NCBI GenBank assembly: GCA_963847445.1
Contig: CAWJZV010000030.1
Span: forward strand, 480,001 to 544,000
DNA from: an uncultured delta proteobacterium
GTDB lineage: Bacteria > Desulfobacterota > Binatia > UBA9968
DNA length: 64,000 nt
Reading direction: 5' to 3'
The notes under the pieces are model-generated. The model did not search any database and was not told the origin of the DNA. It saw only the letters and a list, made by a program, of their open reading frames with translations. How positions within the stretch are numbered: the first letter of the stretch is position 1; every line of letters starts with the position of its first letter. Position numbers and translations under genes: made by a program. Below, piece by piece: positions 44,271-54,316 of the stretch.

Positions 44271-44442
44271 AAGGTTCAAGGCATTTAAAGATCGGCCCGT
44301 TCAAGGGTTCAACGTTCAAAAGTTCAAGGTCAGATTCGGAAGAATACCGTTCCAACCGTTCCACAGGTTCTAGCGATGACGCTGGTTCGTTCAATATTTC
44401 AAGGTCAGACTCGGGTGCGGACTCCTTCTTTTCCGGAATTCC
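44271..44442 (+). repeat. GTTC(A/C)A mosaic repeat block 3
   Basis: Starts AAGGTTCAAGGCATTTAAAGATCGGCCCGTTCAA; ends TTCAAGGTCAGACTCG...TTTCCGGAATTCC. Confidence 0.9.
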
Positions 44443-44454
44443 TAAAACAAATGA

Positions 44455-44859
44455 TCAGTTCCAGACTGTGGGAACGATTCCGGAATCGTGAATTATTGGA
44501 TCCTTCGTCAACAGCGGGAAACCGAGCAGTTTCGCCTCTGTGACGATCAGACGATCGAAGATATCCGGAATCAGAGTGAATAGACGGCTAGCAATTACGG
44601 TTGCAGGCGTTAAGGACATTAAAGAATAGTTGCTGCTCTGCTCCATCGATTCGAGATGCGGCACAACGCGGTTCAGATCCACCCCGGAAAGCCGCCCTTT
44701 TTGAATAACCATCAACACCTCAGCTACAACCACCGCAGGAACATGAATACAGGCTTGTCCTGTTTCCGCGTCAGAAAAAACCTGCTTCGCTGCTGGCCCT
44801 AAACGCTGTGGCCAGTACAAGTGCCAGAGCAGCGAGTGCGTATCAGTGACGTAATCCAC
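44455..44859 (-). CDS. PIN domain (VapC-like) toxin
   Basis: YVTDTHSLLW, VVAE, DIFDRLI, LLTKD. Confidence 0.9.
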   Translation of the reverse strand: MDYVTDTHSLLWHLYWPQRLGPAAKQVFSDAETGQACIHVPAVVVAEVLMVIQKGRLSGVDLNRVVPHLESMEQSSNYSLMSLTPATVIASRLFTLIPDIFDRLIVTEAKLLGFPLLTKDPIIHDSGIVPTVWN

Positions 44860-44862
44860 GAC

Positions 44863-45153
44863 CTACGGCTCCTCCCGGTCTTGCACCTCTGTGATTAACT
44901 TATCTCCACTTTGGCGGCGTTCCCGGCGCAACTCTGCGAGCGCTTCCGCTATCGGGTCAACGCCTGTCATGGATGGCTCACTGTTCGGCGCAAGAACGCC
45001 GGCAAGCTTAAGGATTTTCAACTGCGCCGATTCTTCGGTGTGAAACACAACTTCAGCCGGGCCAGCCGGAAAATCATCGGGCAATGTGACCGAAACCTGG
45101 TGATTGCTGGGTATTGTGACCTTAAGCTTATGTGTATGCATTTTGTTCTCCAA
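44863..45153 (-). CDS. Putative antitoxin partner of the PIN toxin
   Basis: Small ORF directly upstream of the PIN gene; LPDDFP.GPAEV motif. Confidence 0.65.
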   Translation of the reverse strand: MENKMHTHKLKVTIPSNHQVSVTLPDDFPAGPAEVVFHTEESAQLKILKLAGVLAPNSEPSMTGVDPIAEALAELRRERRQSGDKLITEVQDREEP

Positions 45154-45301
45154 TTCCTATCCACACTGCCCTTGTCGCCGTTCCAAACAACCGCAATCCC
45201 AATATTCCCCGCGTTTGATAAAATATTGTATCCCAGTCGTCCTCGACACCCAAGCAGCATATCAAACCATAAATTTAGCGGCAAATTAGCCATCAACTAT
45301 C

Positions 45302-45765
45302 AGATCGGAACCGTTCCAACAGTTCCAGTCGTTCCACAGGTTCCAGCGGATGGCTTGGATGGTTCAAAGGTTCAAGGCATTCAAAGATCGGCCCGTTCAA
45401 GGTTCAAGAGCCTGCCCTGAGTATGTCGAAGGGTTCAAACGTTCAAGGACGGATTTGGATTGGCTGACGGCGGGGGGAAATACTGTTCAAATGTTCGACC
45501 TTTTCAAAAACCGACACACGGAGTTCAAATAGTTCCCTTCGGCAAGTCTCATGGTTCGACGGGGCTCACCATGACCCTGAGAGTGCCGAATGGGTCAGGG
45601 CCTGAGTTTATCGAAGGCAGGCCGTTCAACCGCTTCGCTCCGTTCAAGACGTTATCCAATTAAGATTAAGCTTCGTTCAAGGTTCAAGGGTTCAACGTAC
45701 ACGGATTCGGACGGGATAAGTTCAACGGCTAAACATATGAACCGTTCCAAATACCAGCAGCGGAT
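45302..45765 (+). repeat. GTTC(A/C)A mosaic repeat block 4 with nested CCTGAG...TCGAAGG REP-like palindromes
   Basis: Units at 45311, 45369 and 45622-45680; nested CCTGCCCTGAGTATGTCGAAGGG (45411) and a compound insert at ~45535-45620. Confidence 0.9.
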
Positions 45766-45792
45766 TAGAGAGATCGAGCGGCTAGTTGAAAG

Positions 45793-46203
45793 CTACCGGG
45801 CCGGTATGATCGCAAAGCGACCGAGCCTAGCAGGCCGATAAACCTGAAAATCGCGACGGTCGAGGGTAAAGATTCGCCGCAACCGCTCGCGCTCGGCAAC
45901 GCGAACCAAGGCACCGTCCGCCAGATCCATCGGCAAATCGCGGTACTTGTGCATCAATTCTCTAATGCGCGGGACGTCGTCGATTCCTAACGGCATGATT
46001 TCTATCGCGCCGCTCGCGATCATTTCCCAAAGCGCATCCTGGGCGCGCCAGGAAAAATTCAAAAGGTGGAGGGCTTCGGTGACTACGGGCCACACTGTGC
46101 CGAGCGGCTCGTCGAGCGCGGCAAAGGCGTCTCGACAACGCTCATGTTGATTGTCGTCTTGGTGTATGAGGGCGATCAGCGGCCCTGCGTCGACAAGGAT
46201 CAT
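45793..46203 (-). CDS. PIN domain (VapC-like) toxin
   Basis: ILVDAGPLIAL, VVTEA, YRDLPMDLAD, IFTLDRRDF. Confidence 0.92.
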   Translation of the reverse strand: MILVDAGPLIALIHQDDNQHERCRDAFAALDEPLGTVWPVVTEALHLLNFSWRAQDALWEMIASGAIEIMPLGIDDVPRIRELMHKYRDLPMDLADGALVRVAERERLRRIFTLDRRDFQVYRPARLGRFAIIPAR

Positions 46204-46466
46204 CGACGCTTGCGGGCTCGCTCGACTAGCATTTCTCGAACCTTCTTGCTCGCATCTACGGAAAGATCCCGAGGTCCGCCTTTGACACAGCCAATCAGAT
46301 GAGCCACCAGATCATAAGGGCGCGTTTTCACGGCGCCCGTCTCTTCCTGTTTGGCGAGCACACCGATCGCGTCCCGGATGACTTCGGATTTGGTCTGTCG
46401 TCTCCTGCGAGCCAACCGTCCGATCAAGGACTCGGTCTTTTGATCTAAGCGAACGCTCAAAGGCAT
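46200..46466 (-). CDS. Ribbon-helix-helix (CopG) antitoxin
   Basis: LSVRLD...L..LARRR..TKSEVIRDAI; 4-bp overlap with the PIN gene. Confidence 0.85.
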   Translation of the reverse strand: MPLSVRLDQKTESLIGRLARRRRQTKSEVIRDAIGVLAKQEETGAVKTRPYDLVAHLIGCVKGGPRDLSVDASKKVREMLVERARKRR

Positions 46467-46482
46467 AAACGCGATTCCCCCA

Positions 46483-46504
46483 TGTAATACAGTAGTGTAC
46501 TACA
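46483..46504. promoter_or_regulatory. Tandem palindromic operator for RHH autoregulation
   Basis: TGTAATACA-N4-TGTACTACA (two TGTA-N-TACA palindromes) just upstream of the RHH start. Confidence 0.6.
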
Positions 46505-46527
46505 AACCAGCTCAAGACCTCAATACA

Positions 46528-46795
46528 GGTTCCGATAACCGTTCAAGCTTCAAGGGTTCAAAGGTTCAAGGCATTTAAAGATCGGCCCGTTCAAATCGCT
46601 CCAATCGTTCAACCGCTTCGCTACGTTCAAAACATTTTAAGATCGATCCGTTCAAATCGTTCAAGCCGTTCAACCGCTGCCCTTCGATTGCCCTCAGGGC
46701 CAGTGAGGATCTCGAACGGCGCTCCGTTCAAGACGTTATCCAATTAAGATTAAGCTTCGTTCAAGGTTCAAGGGTTCAAAAGTTCAAGGTCCGAT
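46528..46795 (+). repeat. GTTC(A/C)A mosaic repeat block 5
   Basis: Unit GGTTCAAGGCATTTAAAGATCGG at 46563; ~46610-46765 closely matches ~42585-42697 apart from a 40-bp insert. Confidence 0.9.
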
Positions 46796-46811
46796 ACGGA
46801 ATGGATGCGGG

Positions 46812-47360
46812 TTATCGTTTGCCATAGCGCGCGGCGCGTTCCTCGACCAGAAAGCCGATCTTGCGCTTCTTGGGCTCCGGCGGTGTCATCAGTTGGCGGA
46901 TGGCGTCGAAGACGACCTTGAATTGCGCGTCATATTTTCGCTCAAGCATTTCGAGCTTGTTGGCCAGATCCTTGTGCGTTGCCAATATCTCCCGCAACCG
47001 AACGAACGCGCGCATGATTTCAATGTTCACGCTGACGGCTCGCTTGCTTCGTAGAACACTTGAAAGCATGGCCACGCCTTGTTCGGTAAATGCGTGGGGA
47101 AGGTACTTCCGATGTCGTCCCCGGCCGCTTTCTAAGGTAACAATTTGTGACCTTAAAGCCGTGAACTCTTCAGCAGTGAGTTGAAACATGAAGTCGGCGG
47201 GGAACCGGTCGTGATTTCGTTTGACGGCCTGGTTTAAAACTTTCGTCGACACTTGGTAGAGTTCTGCCAGATCGGCGTCCAGCATAACTTTATGGCCCCG
47301 GATAAGAAAGATCGACTTCTCGATCCGTTGCGGCGGAATGATTTGATCTTGTGGTGACAT
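46812..47360 (-). CDS. ORF6N domain DNA-binding protein
   Basis: [61 protein letters not shown]. Confidence 0.92.
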   Translation of the reverse strand: MSPQDQIIPPQRIEKSIFLIRGHKVMLDADLAELYQVSTKVLNQAVKRNHDRFPADFMFQLTAEEFTALRSQIVTLESGRGRHRKYLPHAFTEQGVAMLSSVLRSKRAVSVNIEIMRAFVRLREILATHKDLANKLEMLERKYDAQFKVVFDAIRQLMTPPEPKKRKIGFLVEERAARYGKR

Positions 47361-47545
47361 AACAATGGCGAACCTTATGCGATCTGCCGGCGATAGGGCA
47401 AGAGCTTGCCGAACTCTCACCTGGCTGGCCCTTACAGCAACGCTAGAATTTCCGAGCTTAAGCTTCCGCGATCAATATGTAACCGTGCAACTGTCACCGG
47501 CACAATCATCATTCAACCCAAATTTTCGTCACTCTATTGCCGGGA

Positions 47546-47666
47546 AGGTGCAAGGGTTCAAAAGTTCAACGTCGGTTTCCAAAGGTGTCCAGCCGTTCGA
47601 CAAGGCCCGTTCACGGGTTCAAGGTCAGATTCGCACGGAGACTTCCACGTTTCCGGAATTCCGGAC
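47546..47666 (+). repeat. GTTC(A/C)A mosaic repeat block 6 (degenerate, array end)
   Basis: GGGTTCAAAAGTTCAA; ends TTCAAGGTCAGATTCG...TTTCCGGAATTCC like block 3. Confidence 0.8.
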
Positions 47667-47747
47667 GTGTGGTAATGAGCCGCGCCAGGCGCGGCCACTA
47701 GCCGCCGCTCTTTTTCCCGCTCCGCGGCTATGCTAAGAAAACTCCCC

Positions 47748-48311
47748 ATGGCCATTCTTAAAGTCACTCGCTTGGGGCATCCGGTGCTGCGCAAAGTCAC
47801 CGAGAATATTTCCGTCAAAGAACTCAAGACCGCGGCGATGCAGCGCTTCATCGACGACATGGTCGAGACCATGAAAGAGTACGACGGCGTCGGGCTGGCG
47901 GCGGATCAGGTGTTTACCTCGAAACAGCTCGCGGTGCTCGAAGTCGCCGACAACCCGCGCTACCCCGATAAAGGCAAAGTGCCGCTCACTGTCCTGGTGA
48001 ATCCGAAAATCACGCCGCTGTCGGATGACATGGAAACCGACTGGGAAGGCTGCCTCAGTGTCCCAGACCTGCGCGGCCAGGTGCCGCGTTACCAACGTAT
48101 CCACGTCACCGCGCTCGATCGCGACGGCAATAAACTCGACTTCGTCGCCAAGGGTTTCCACGCTCGGGTGATCCAACATGAATACGATCATTTGAACGGC
48201 AAGGTTTATCTCGACCGCATGGGCGATTTTTCCACCCTGACGTTCCTACAGGAATTCTCGCGATACTGGTTGAACAAGTACGGAGCGAGCATCTGCCACG
48301 GACCACTCTAG
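47748..48311 (+). CDS. def: Peptide deformylase
   Basis: GVGLAA.Q, EGCLS, QHEYDHLNG. Confidence 0.97.
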   Translation: MAILKVTRLGHPVLRKVTENISVKELKTAAMQRFIDDMVETMKEYDGVGLAADQVFTSKQLAVLEVADNPRYPDKGKVPLTVLVNPKITPLSDDMETDWEGCLSVPDLRGQVPRYQRIHVTALDRDGNKLDFVAKGFHARVIQHEYDHLNGKVYLDRMGDFSTLTFLQEFSRYWLNKYGASICHGPL

Positions 48312-48329
48312 AACCGCCCTGCCGCAGAA

Positions 48330-48670
48330 TGAACTACTCCGCAGCAAGCTGCGGGGTATCAAAGCAAACCCACTTCGAGCGCGTCGACAAAGCCTTGAAG
48401 TCGCTGTTCTCCCTCGGCAAGGTGTCAATCACCTATTGGCAATAGTTCAGTGTGCTGTCGGCCTGGCAAGACTGGGCAAGATAGATTTCTCGCTCCGCTC
48501 GAAATGACAAATTGTGACTGTCGGTCATCGCGAACGCCAGACTGTGTGAAAACTCCGTTCATGCTTCGAGTACCTCAGTCGTAGGGTGGGTGGAGGTGCC
48601 ACGCGCCGATACCCACCGTTCGGAATGATGGGTATCGCTAACGCTCCACCCATCCTACGCCAGAGTCACA
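48330..48670. repeat. Stack of several REP/MITE-like palindromes
   Basis: ACTACTCCGCAGCAAGCTGCGGGGTATC; AGATTTCTCGCTCCGCTCGAAATGACA; CCGTTCATGCTTCGA; GTAGGGTGGGTGGAG...CTCCACCCATCCTAC. Confidence 0.7.
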
Positions 48671-48712
48671 GCGCAGTAAGCTGCGCGGAATCACCCCATA
48701 GCGATTGAAGAA

Positions 48713-50744
48713 TTATTCGCGAATTCCCGCTAAATCCAAGAGAAATACATAGCTGAATGCGGTCTCCTGATGGCGCCGGAAACGTCCCGAGGCGCCGCCG
48801 TGGCCGGCCTCCATGTTGGTCTTGAGCAGAACCGGATTGTTATCGCTCTTGAGCTCACGCAGTTTCGCCACCCACTTGGCCGGCTCCCAGTACTGCACTT
48901 GCGAGTCGTGCAAACCGCCGGTGATCAGCATGGCGGGATAGTTTTTTTTCGCGACGTTGTCATAGGGCGAGTAGGACAACATGTAGTCGTAAAACTCTTT
49001 CTTGTGGGGATCGCCCCACTCGTCATATTCGCCGGCGGTCAATGGAATCGACGCGTCGAGCATGGTGGTGACGACGTCGACGAACGGCACCTCGGCGACG
49101 ACACCTTTGAATAAATCCGGGCGTAAGTTGCTCACCGCGCCGATCAATAACCCGCCGGCGCTGCGTCCCATGGCGAAGAGTTTCTCCGAGTTGGTGAACC
49201 GTTCGCTAAGCAAAAACTCGGCGCAAGCGACGAAATCGCTGAAGGTGTTTTGCTTCTTCAGCAGCTTGCCATCGTCGTACCATTGGCGGCCGAGCTCCTG
49301 GCCGCCGCGGATATGGGCGATGGCGAAAACAAAGCCGCGATCGACCAAACTCAAGCGCGGCGACGCGAAGGCGGCATCGATGCTCACGCCGTAGGATCCG
49401 TAGCCGTACAGCAGCGTTGGATTCTGCCCGTCTTTCTTCAGCCCTTTGCGATAGAGCAGCGACAGCGGAATCTCGGTGCCGTCGGCGGCGCGGGCATGGA
49501 GCCGCTCGGTGACATAGTCATCGGCGTTGAAACCGCCGAGCACTTCCTCCTGCTTTAATAATCTGCGCTGGCGCGTGTCCATGTCGTAGTCGTAAATCGA
49601 CTGCGGCGTCTTCATCGAGGTGTAATCGAAACGGACGATCTTGGTGTCGAATTCCATATTGGCGCCGAGGTGCGCCCGGTAGGCCGGCTCGGCAAATTCC
49701 AAATAATGCGCGCCGCTGCCCGACCACGGCACGACGCGGATCTGCGTCAGGCCGCGCGCCCGCTCTTCCAAAACCAGGTAGTCTTTGAACAGATCGAAAT
49801 CGCCCAGGTAAACATCGTCGCGGTGGGCAATGATTTCGCGCCAGTGCTCGCGTCCCGGCTGCGCCACCGGCGTCGCCATCAAGCGAAAGTTCTTCGCCTG
49901 ATCGTTGGTGCGGATGAGGAAGCGGTCGTGCGATATGATCGATCTGATACTCATGGCCGCGCGCTCGCGGCAAAAATATTTTGAATTCGCCAAGAGGCTC
50001 ATCGGCATCGAGATAACGGTACTCGTGGGTGATCGTTTGCGCCGACACCAGCAGCAAGTACCGCTTCGACTTGGTCTTGAAAATGTACACGCTGAAAGTC
50101 TCGTCGTCCTCCTGGTAGACCAGCTGGTCGGCCGCCGGATCGGTGCCGACGATGTGGCGCCAGATCTGATGTTGGCGCAGCGTGGTTTCGTCCTGTTTGC
50201 CGTAGAACAGCGTCCGGTTGTCGTTGCCCCAGGCAAGATTTTCGGTGACGTTGGCGATCACGTCCGGCAGCACAGCGCCGCCGGTCAGGCTCTTGATATA
50301 GGTCGTGTGAATCCGCCGTCCCTGGGTGTCGATGGCGTAAGCGAGCAGATCCTGCCCCGAACTCACCGCCGACCCGCCGATGGAGAAAAACTCATGGCCT
50401 TCGGCCAAGGCGTTGCCGTCGAGCATCACCTGCTCGGGCGCATCGAGTGCAGCCAACTTGCGGCAGTAGATCGGATACTCTTTACCCGCCTCGAAGCGGG
50501 TGTAGTAGAAATAGTCGTCGCGCTTGTACGGCACCGACAAATCGGTCTGCTTGATCCGGCCTTTGATTTCTTCGAAAAGCTTTTTCTCGAACTCCTGAGT
50601 ATGCGCCATCGCCTTGGCGGCAAAGGCGTTCTCATCGTTCAAGTAGCGGATGACTTCGGGATTGTCCCGTTCGCGCAGCCAGTAGTAGTCGTCGACGCGC
50701 ACGTGGCCATGGGTTTCGAGCCGGGTGGGGATCTTCTTGACCAT
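48713..50744 (-). CDS. ptrB: Oligopeptidase B (S9A), one indel
   Basis: HGHVRVDDYYWLR, YGYGSYG, GRSAGG nucleophile motif, HDSQVQYWEPAKWVAKLR, AGHGG. Confidence 0.92.
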
Positions 50745-50841
50745 GGATCTGATGCCTCCGTCGAACCTTCGACTGAGGAAAGAGAATCTTAGGGAATTTC
50801 CCACGGTAAGCGCCAGCCGTCCGGGAATGGTCTGTTATTTC

Positions 50842-50910
50842 CGTCATTCCGGCGCAGGCCGGAATCCAGACCCAACATCCACCTGGATACCGTTCTTCAA
50901 CGGTATGACG
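50842..50910. repeat. GTCATTCC...GGAATCCAG REP doublet
   Basis: CGTCATTCCGGCGCAGGCCGGAATCCAG...CTGGATACCGTTCTTCAACGGTATGACG. Confidence 0.75.
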
Positions 50911-51083
50911 GACCCATCCCTCCGGTTTTCACCGGCATGACGAGGTGAAGATCTGCGAGTTATTATGCGAACTGCCAGGCCGAGGATCCGGTAATCACAG
51001 ATTGGCTTTCGTTTGACAGCGAGCCGCCCGCGGTCTTACAAGTTGTCCAGCAAAGCAACCATCAACCAGGAGGTCCAATCGCC

Positions 51084-52152
51084 ATGGCAATCATCGACGC
51101 CGATGCCCATGTCATCGAAACCGAACAGACCTGGGACTTCATGTTGGAAGAAGAGCGCCGCTTCACGCCGGAAGTCTTGGTCTCGAAAAAGAACGGCATC
51201 CACTTCTGGCGCGTCGACGACCGGGTCATCGCCAACTCCAATCTCGGGTCTGAACGTCCCGGAAGATGCCCGCGACATGACCGATGTCTCCGCCCGCCTG
51301 GCGCATATGGACGCATTGAAGATCGACATCCAGGTGCTCTATCCGACCCTGTTCCTGCGGCCGGTGACGGCGCGCGCCGAGGTCGAGCTGGCGCTCTATC
51401 GCGGCTACAACCGCTGGCTCGCGCATATCTGGCAGCTCGGCAACAATCGCCTGCGCTGGATCGTCCTGCCGCCGCTGCGCTCCATGGACAAAGCCATCGA
51501 GGAAATCAACTTCGCCAAAGCCCACGGCGCCTGCGGCGTCTTCATGCGCGGCCATGAGGGCGAATGGCTGCTCTCCGATCCCGCGCTGTTTCCGATTTAT
51601 CGAGAAGCCGAACGGCTCGACCTGCCGATCTGCGTCCACGCCGGCACCGGCAGTTTCAACTACTACGATCAGTACGGCCAGGATGTTTTCTCGCGCTTCA
51701 AGCTGCCGTCGGTGGGCGCGTTTAATAATTTGATCTATCAGGGCGTGCCGGCGAGGTTTCCCAAGCTGCGCTGGTCGTTTGTCGAAACCACCTCGCAATG
51801 GCTGCCCTACGCGGTCAACGATCTGGTCATCCGCACCCAGGCCGAACGCGAGTTCCAGCGCAAGTATGCCGGCCATGTGCTCACCCAGGCGCGCCCCAAG
51901 GAGCGCACCATCGAAGCCGCCACCGTCCTGCGCGACAACCGCGTCTACGTCGCCTGCCAAACCACCGACGATCTCGCCTACGTGGTCGACTGCGTCGGCG
52001 AAGACCATATCACCGTCGGCACCGACTACGGCCACGCCGACTATTCCAACGACATCGAAGCGATCCAGACCTTGGCCGAGGGCGGCAAGATCGGCGCGTC
52101 GTTCGCGCAAAAAATCTTGGACGACAATCCCAGAAAACTCTACGGGCTTTAG
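51084..52152 (+). CDS. Amidohydrolase family 2 protein, one indel
   Basis: IIDADAHVIE, QVLYPT, LPICVH, VGTDYGH.D, ILDDNPRKLYGL. Confidence 0.9.
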
Positions 52153-52168
52153 TTGAGGGAAAGTTTAC

Positions 52169-52242
52169 TCACCGCGGAGACACAGAGAACACAGAGAATA
52201 GCTCTTTAAACTCTTTGCGATCTCTGCGCCTGTGCGGTGAAT
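52169..52242. repeat. CACCGCGGAGACACAGAG inverted-repeat element between convergent genes
   Basis: TCACCGCGGAGACACAGAGAACACAGAG...CTCTTTGCGATCTCTGCGCCTGTGCGGTGA. Confidence 0.75.
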
Positions 52243-52257
52243 TATCTTTCGACCGAT

Positions 52258-53241
52258 TCACAGCCGCAATTCTCGCACAGCGTTGCCGCCCAGTATCAAA
52301 GCGCGCTCGGCGTCATCGATCTCGAGTTGCATGATTTTACTCACCGCATCGAAGTCGCCCATCGCCATCGGATAGTCGGTGCCGATCACCACCCGGTCGG
52401 CGCCGACGACTCGCACAAGATAGTCCAACGCCGCTACCGAGTGAACGATGGTGTCGAAGTACATTTGTTGTCAAATATTCGCGACGGCTTCCGTGGCAAC
52501 TGCTTCTGCAAATCCGCGCGCAGACCGTAGGAATGATCCAAGCCGCCAGATGTTGAACGCCAACAGGCCGCCGCCATGGGACAGACACAAGCGCAGGTTG
52601 GGATACTTCTCGAACATGCCTTTGAGAATCATGCGCTCGACCATCAGCGTGGTGCGAAAGGTAAACTGCAGAACGTTGCCAAGAATCGGCGACAGCGGAT
52701 CGTCGGCGTCGAGCCCGCCTTCTAATGGGTGGACGAACAGCAGCAGCTCCAACTCCTGCGCGGCTTGAAAGAACGGCTCGAAGCTCGGATCGTCGAGCGG
52801 CTTGTCCCCCACCGCGTTGCCGATCTCCAGCCCCTTGAGCCCCATGCTCTTGGCTTCCTTGGCGATGGCGATGGACTCGGCAACGCTCTGCAGCGGCACA
52901 CTGCCGAAGCCAATGAATCGATCCGGATGCTTCTTGACGACATCTTGAATCGCTTCGTTCTGCCGGCGCGAGAAATGCGCGGCGACAGCGGCATCTTCCC
53001 AGTAAAATAACAGAATCGGCGACGGCGAGATCGCCTGCATGTCGATCTTCATTTCGTCAAGTGCTTTGATCCGCGCCAGCGGATCGTACGCTCCAGCGCC
53101 CAGACCAGGGCGAGAACCGATCTGCGAGGTCACCGACAGCTTGCCGTCATTCAACACCAGCTTCGGCGCGCGGTTTTCGAACTTGCCGGGATTCTGCAGT
53201 GCCTCGACGGGAAAGAAATGCGAATGCAGGTCGATGTTCAT
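52258..53241 (-). CDS. Amidohydrolase family 2 (ACMSD-like decarboxylase), indels near the C-terminus
   Basis: IDLHSH, LFVHP, LSHGGG, YFDTIV, IGTDYP, ILGGNA. Confidence 0.9.
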
Positions 53242-53417
53242 GGTGCGTCCGGTCTCCTCATGACGAACTGTCTATACACCATCCGGTCCGTACTGTACCA
53301 GAGGTTATCGTCGTCAAGCTCGGCACAAAGTGATACGTGAGAGCGGTCCAGACATCTGTTCCGTGTCGATTGGATTCGAGCTGAATGTCAGGTATCTTGA
53401 GTTCACGAGGATGGTTT

Positions 53418-53651
53418 ATGCTCGCTAAGAAGACTGTGAACAACCAAATTACGCTGCCGAAGGCGATCGTCGCGAGACTTCCTAAGACCGATTACTTCGA
53501 AGTTAGTCTGCGAGGCAAAGAAATTGTCCTGAAACCCGTTCTCATCGCAGCCACGAGCACGAAACTGGACAAGGTCCGGATTAAAATGAAGGCCCTTGGA
53601 GTTACGGAAAAAGATGTCGACGCGGCAATCCGCTGGGCCAGGAACCGGTAG
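53418..53651 (+). CDS. AbrB/MazE/SpoVT family antitoxin
   Basis: LAK.T..NQITLPK, YFEV....EIVLKP. Confidence 0.85.
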   Translation: MLAKKTVNNQITLPKAIVARLPKTDYFEVSLRGKEIVLKPVLIAATSTKLDKVRIKMKALGVTEKDVDAAIRWARNR

Positions 53652-54067
53652 TGCGCGTCGTCTTAGACACCAACGTCCTGGTATCGGCGCTTCTTTTCAA
53701 AGGTAAAACATCTGAACTCGTCCCCCTCTGGCAAACCGGTGCTATCACTCCACTGCTTTCTCGCGCGATCTTAGAAGAACATCTGCGCGTCTTCAGCTAC
53801 CCCAAATTCAAACTCTCCGAAACAGAGATCAGGGCTTTGATTCAGGAGGAACTGCTCCCTTTCGTGGAAGTGGTCAATCCCCGAAAACGCCTGCGCGTGG
53901 TCGAGCGTGACTCATCGGATGACAAGTTTGTCGAATGCGCGGTCGCGGGAAAAGCGCGAGTGATCATCTCCGGTGACAAAGATCTACTTTCAATCCGTCG
54001 TTACCGGCAGATCGTGATCCAGTCGCCGGCCCAATTTTTCGCCGCCAATCCCCAGCTTCGCCGATAA
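53651..54067 (+). CDS. PIN family toxin (PIN_3 type)
   Basis: RVVLDTNVLVSALL, DSSDDKFVECA, IISGDKDLL. Confidence 0.92.
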   Translation: MRVVLDTNVLVSALLFKGKTSELVPLWQTGAITPLLSRAILEEHLRVFSYPKFKLSETEIRALIQEELLPFVEVVNPRKRLRVVERDSSDDKFVECAVAGKARVIISGDKDLLSIRRYRQIVIQSPAQFFAANPQLRR

Positions 54068-54316
54068 TCATCGTTGGGAAAAAACTAATTTCGGCGACGG
54101 CGAGATCGCCTGCATGTCGATCTTCATCTCGTCAAGTGCTTTGACCCGCGCCAGCGGATCGTAAGCGCCCGCGCCCAAACCGGGACGGGAACCTATCTGC
54201 GAGGTAACGGAGAGCTTGCCGTCATTCAACACCAGCTTCGGCGCGCGGTTTTCGAACTTGCCGGGATTCTGCAGCGCCTCGACGGGAAAGAAATGAGAGT
54301 GCAGATCGATGTTCAT
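54068..54316 (-). pseudogene. Truncated duplicate of the 5' ~75 codons of the amidohydrolase at 52258..53241
   Basis: Protein identical apart from one I/V change up to QAISPSP, then diverges and stops. Confidence 0.9.

Noticed and set aside
42551-47666. CRISPR array or classical integron attC sites
   Set aside because: No constant-length repeat-spacer period and no cas genes; no RYYYAAC...GTTRRRY paired ends and no intI.
42551-47666. GTTC runs as LexA boxes (GTTC-N7-GTTC or GAAC-N4-GTTC)
   Set aside because: Spacing is mostly 7-9 nt start to start rather than 11, the palindromic form is not the pattern, and the blocks are much longer than operators.
35800-47700. Prophage or ICE
   Set aside because: No integrase, structural, replication or conjugation genes; ORF6N alone is insufficient.
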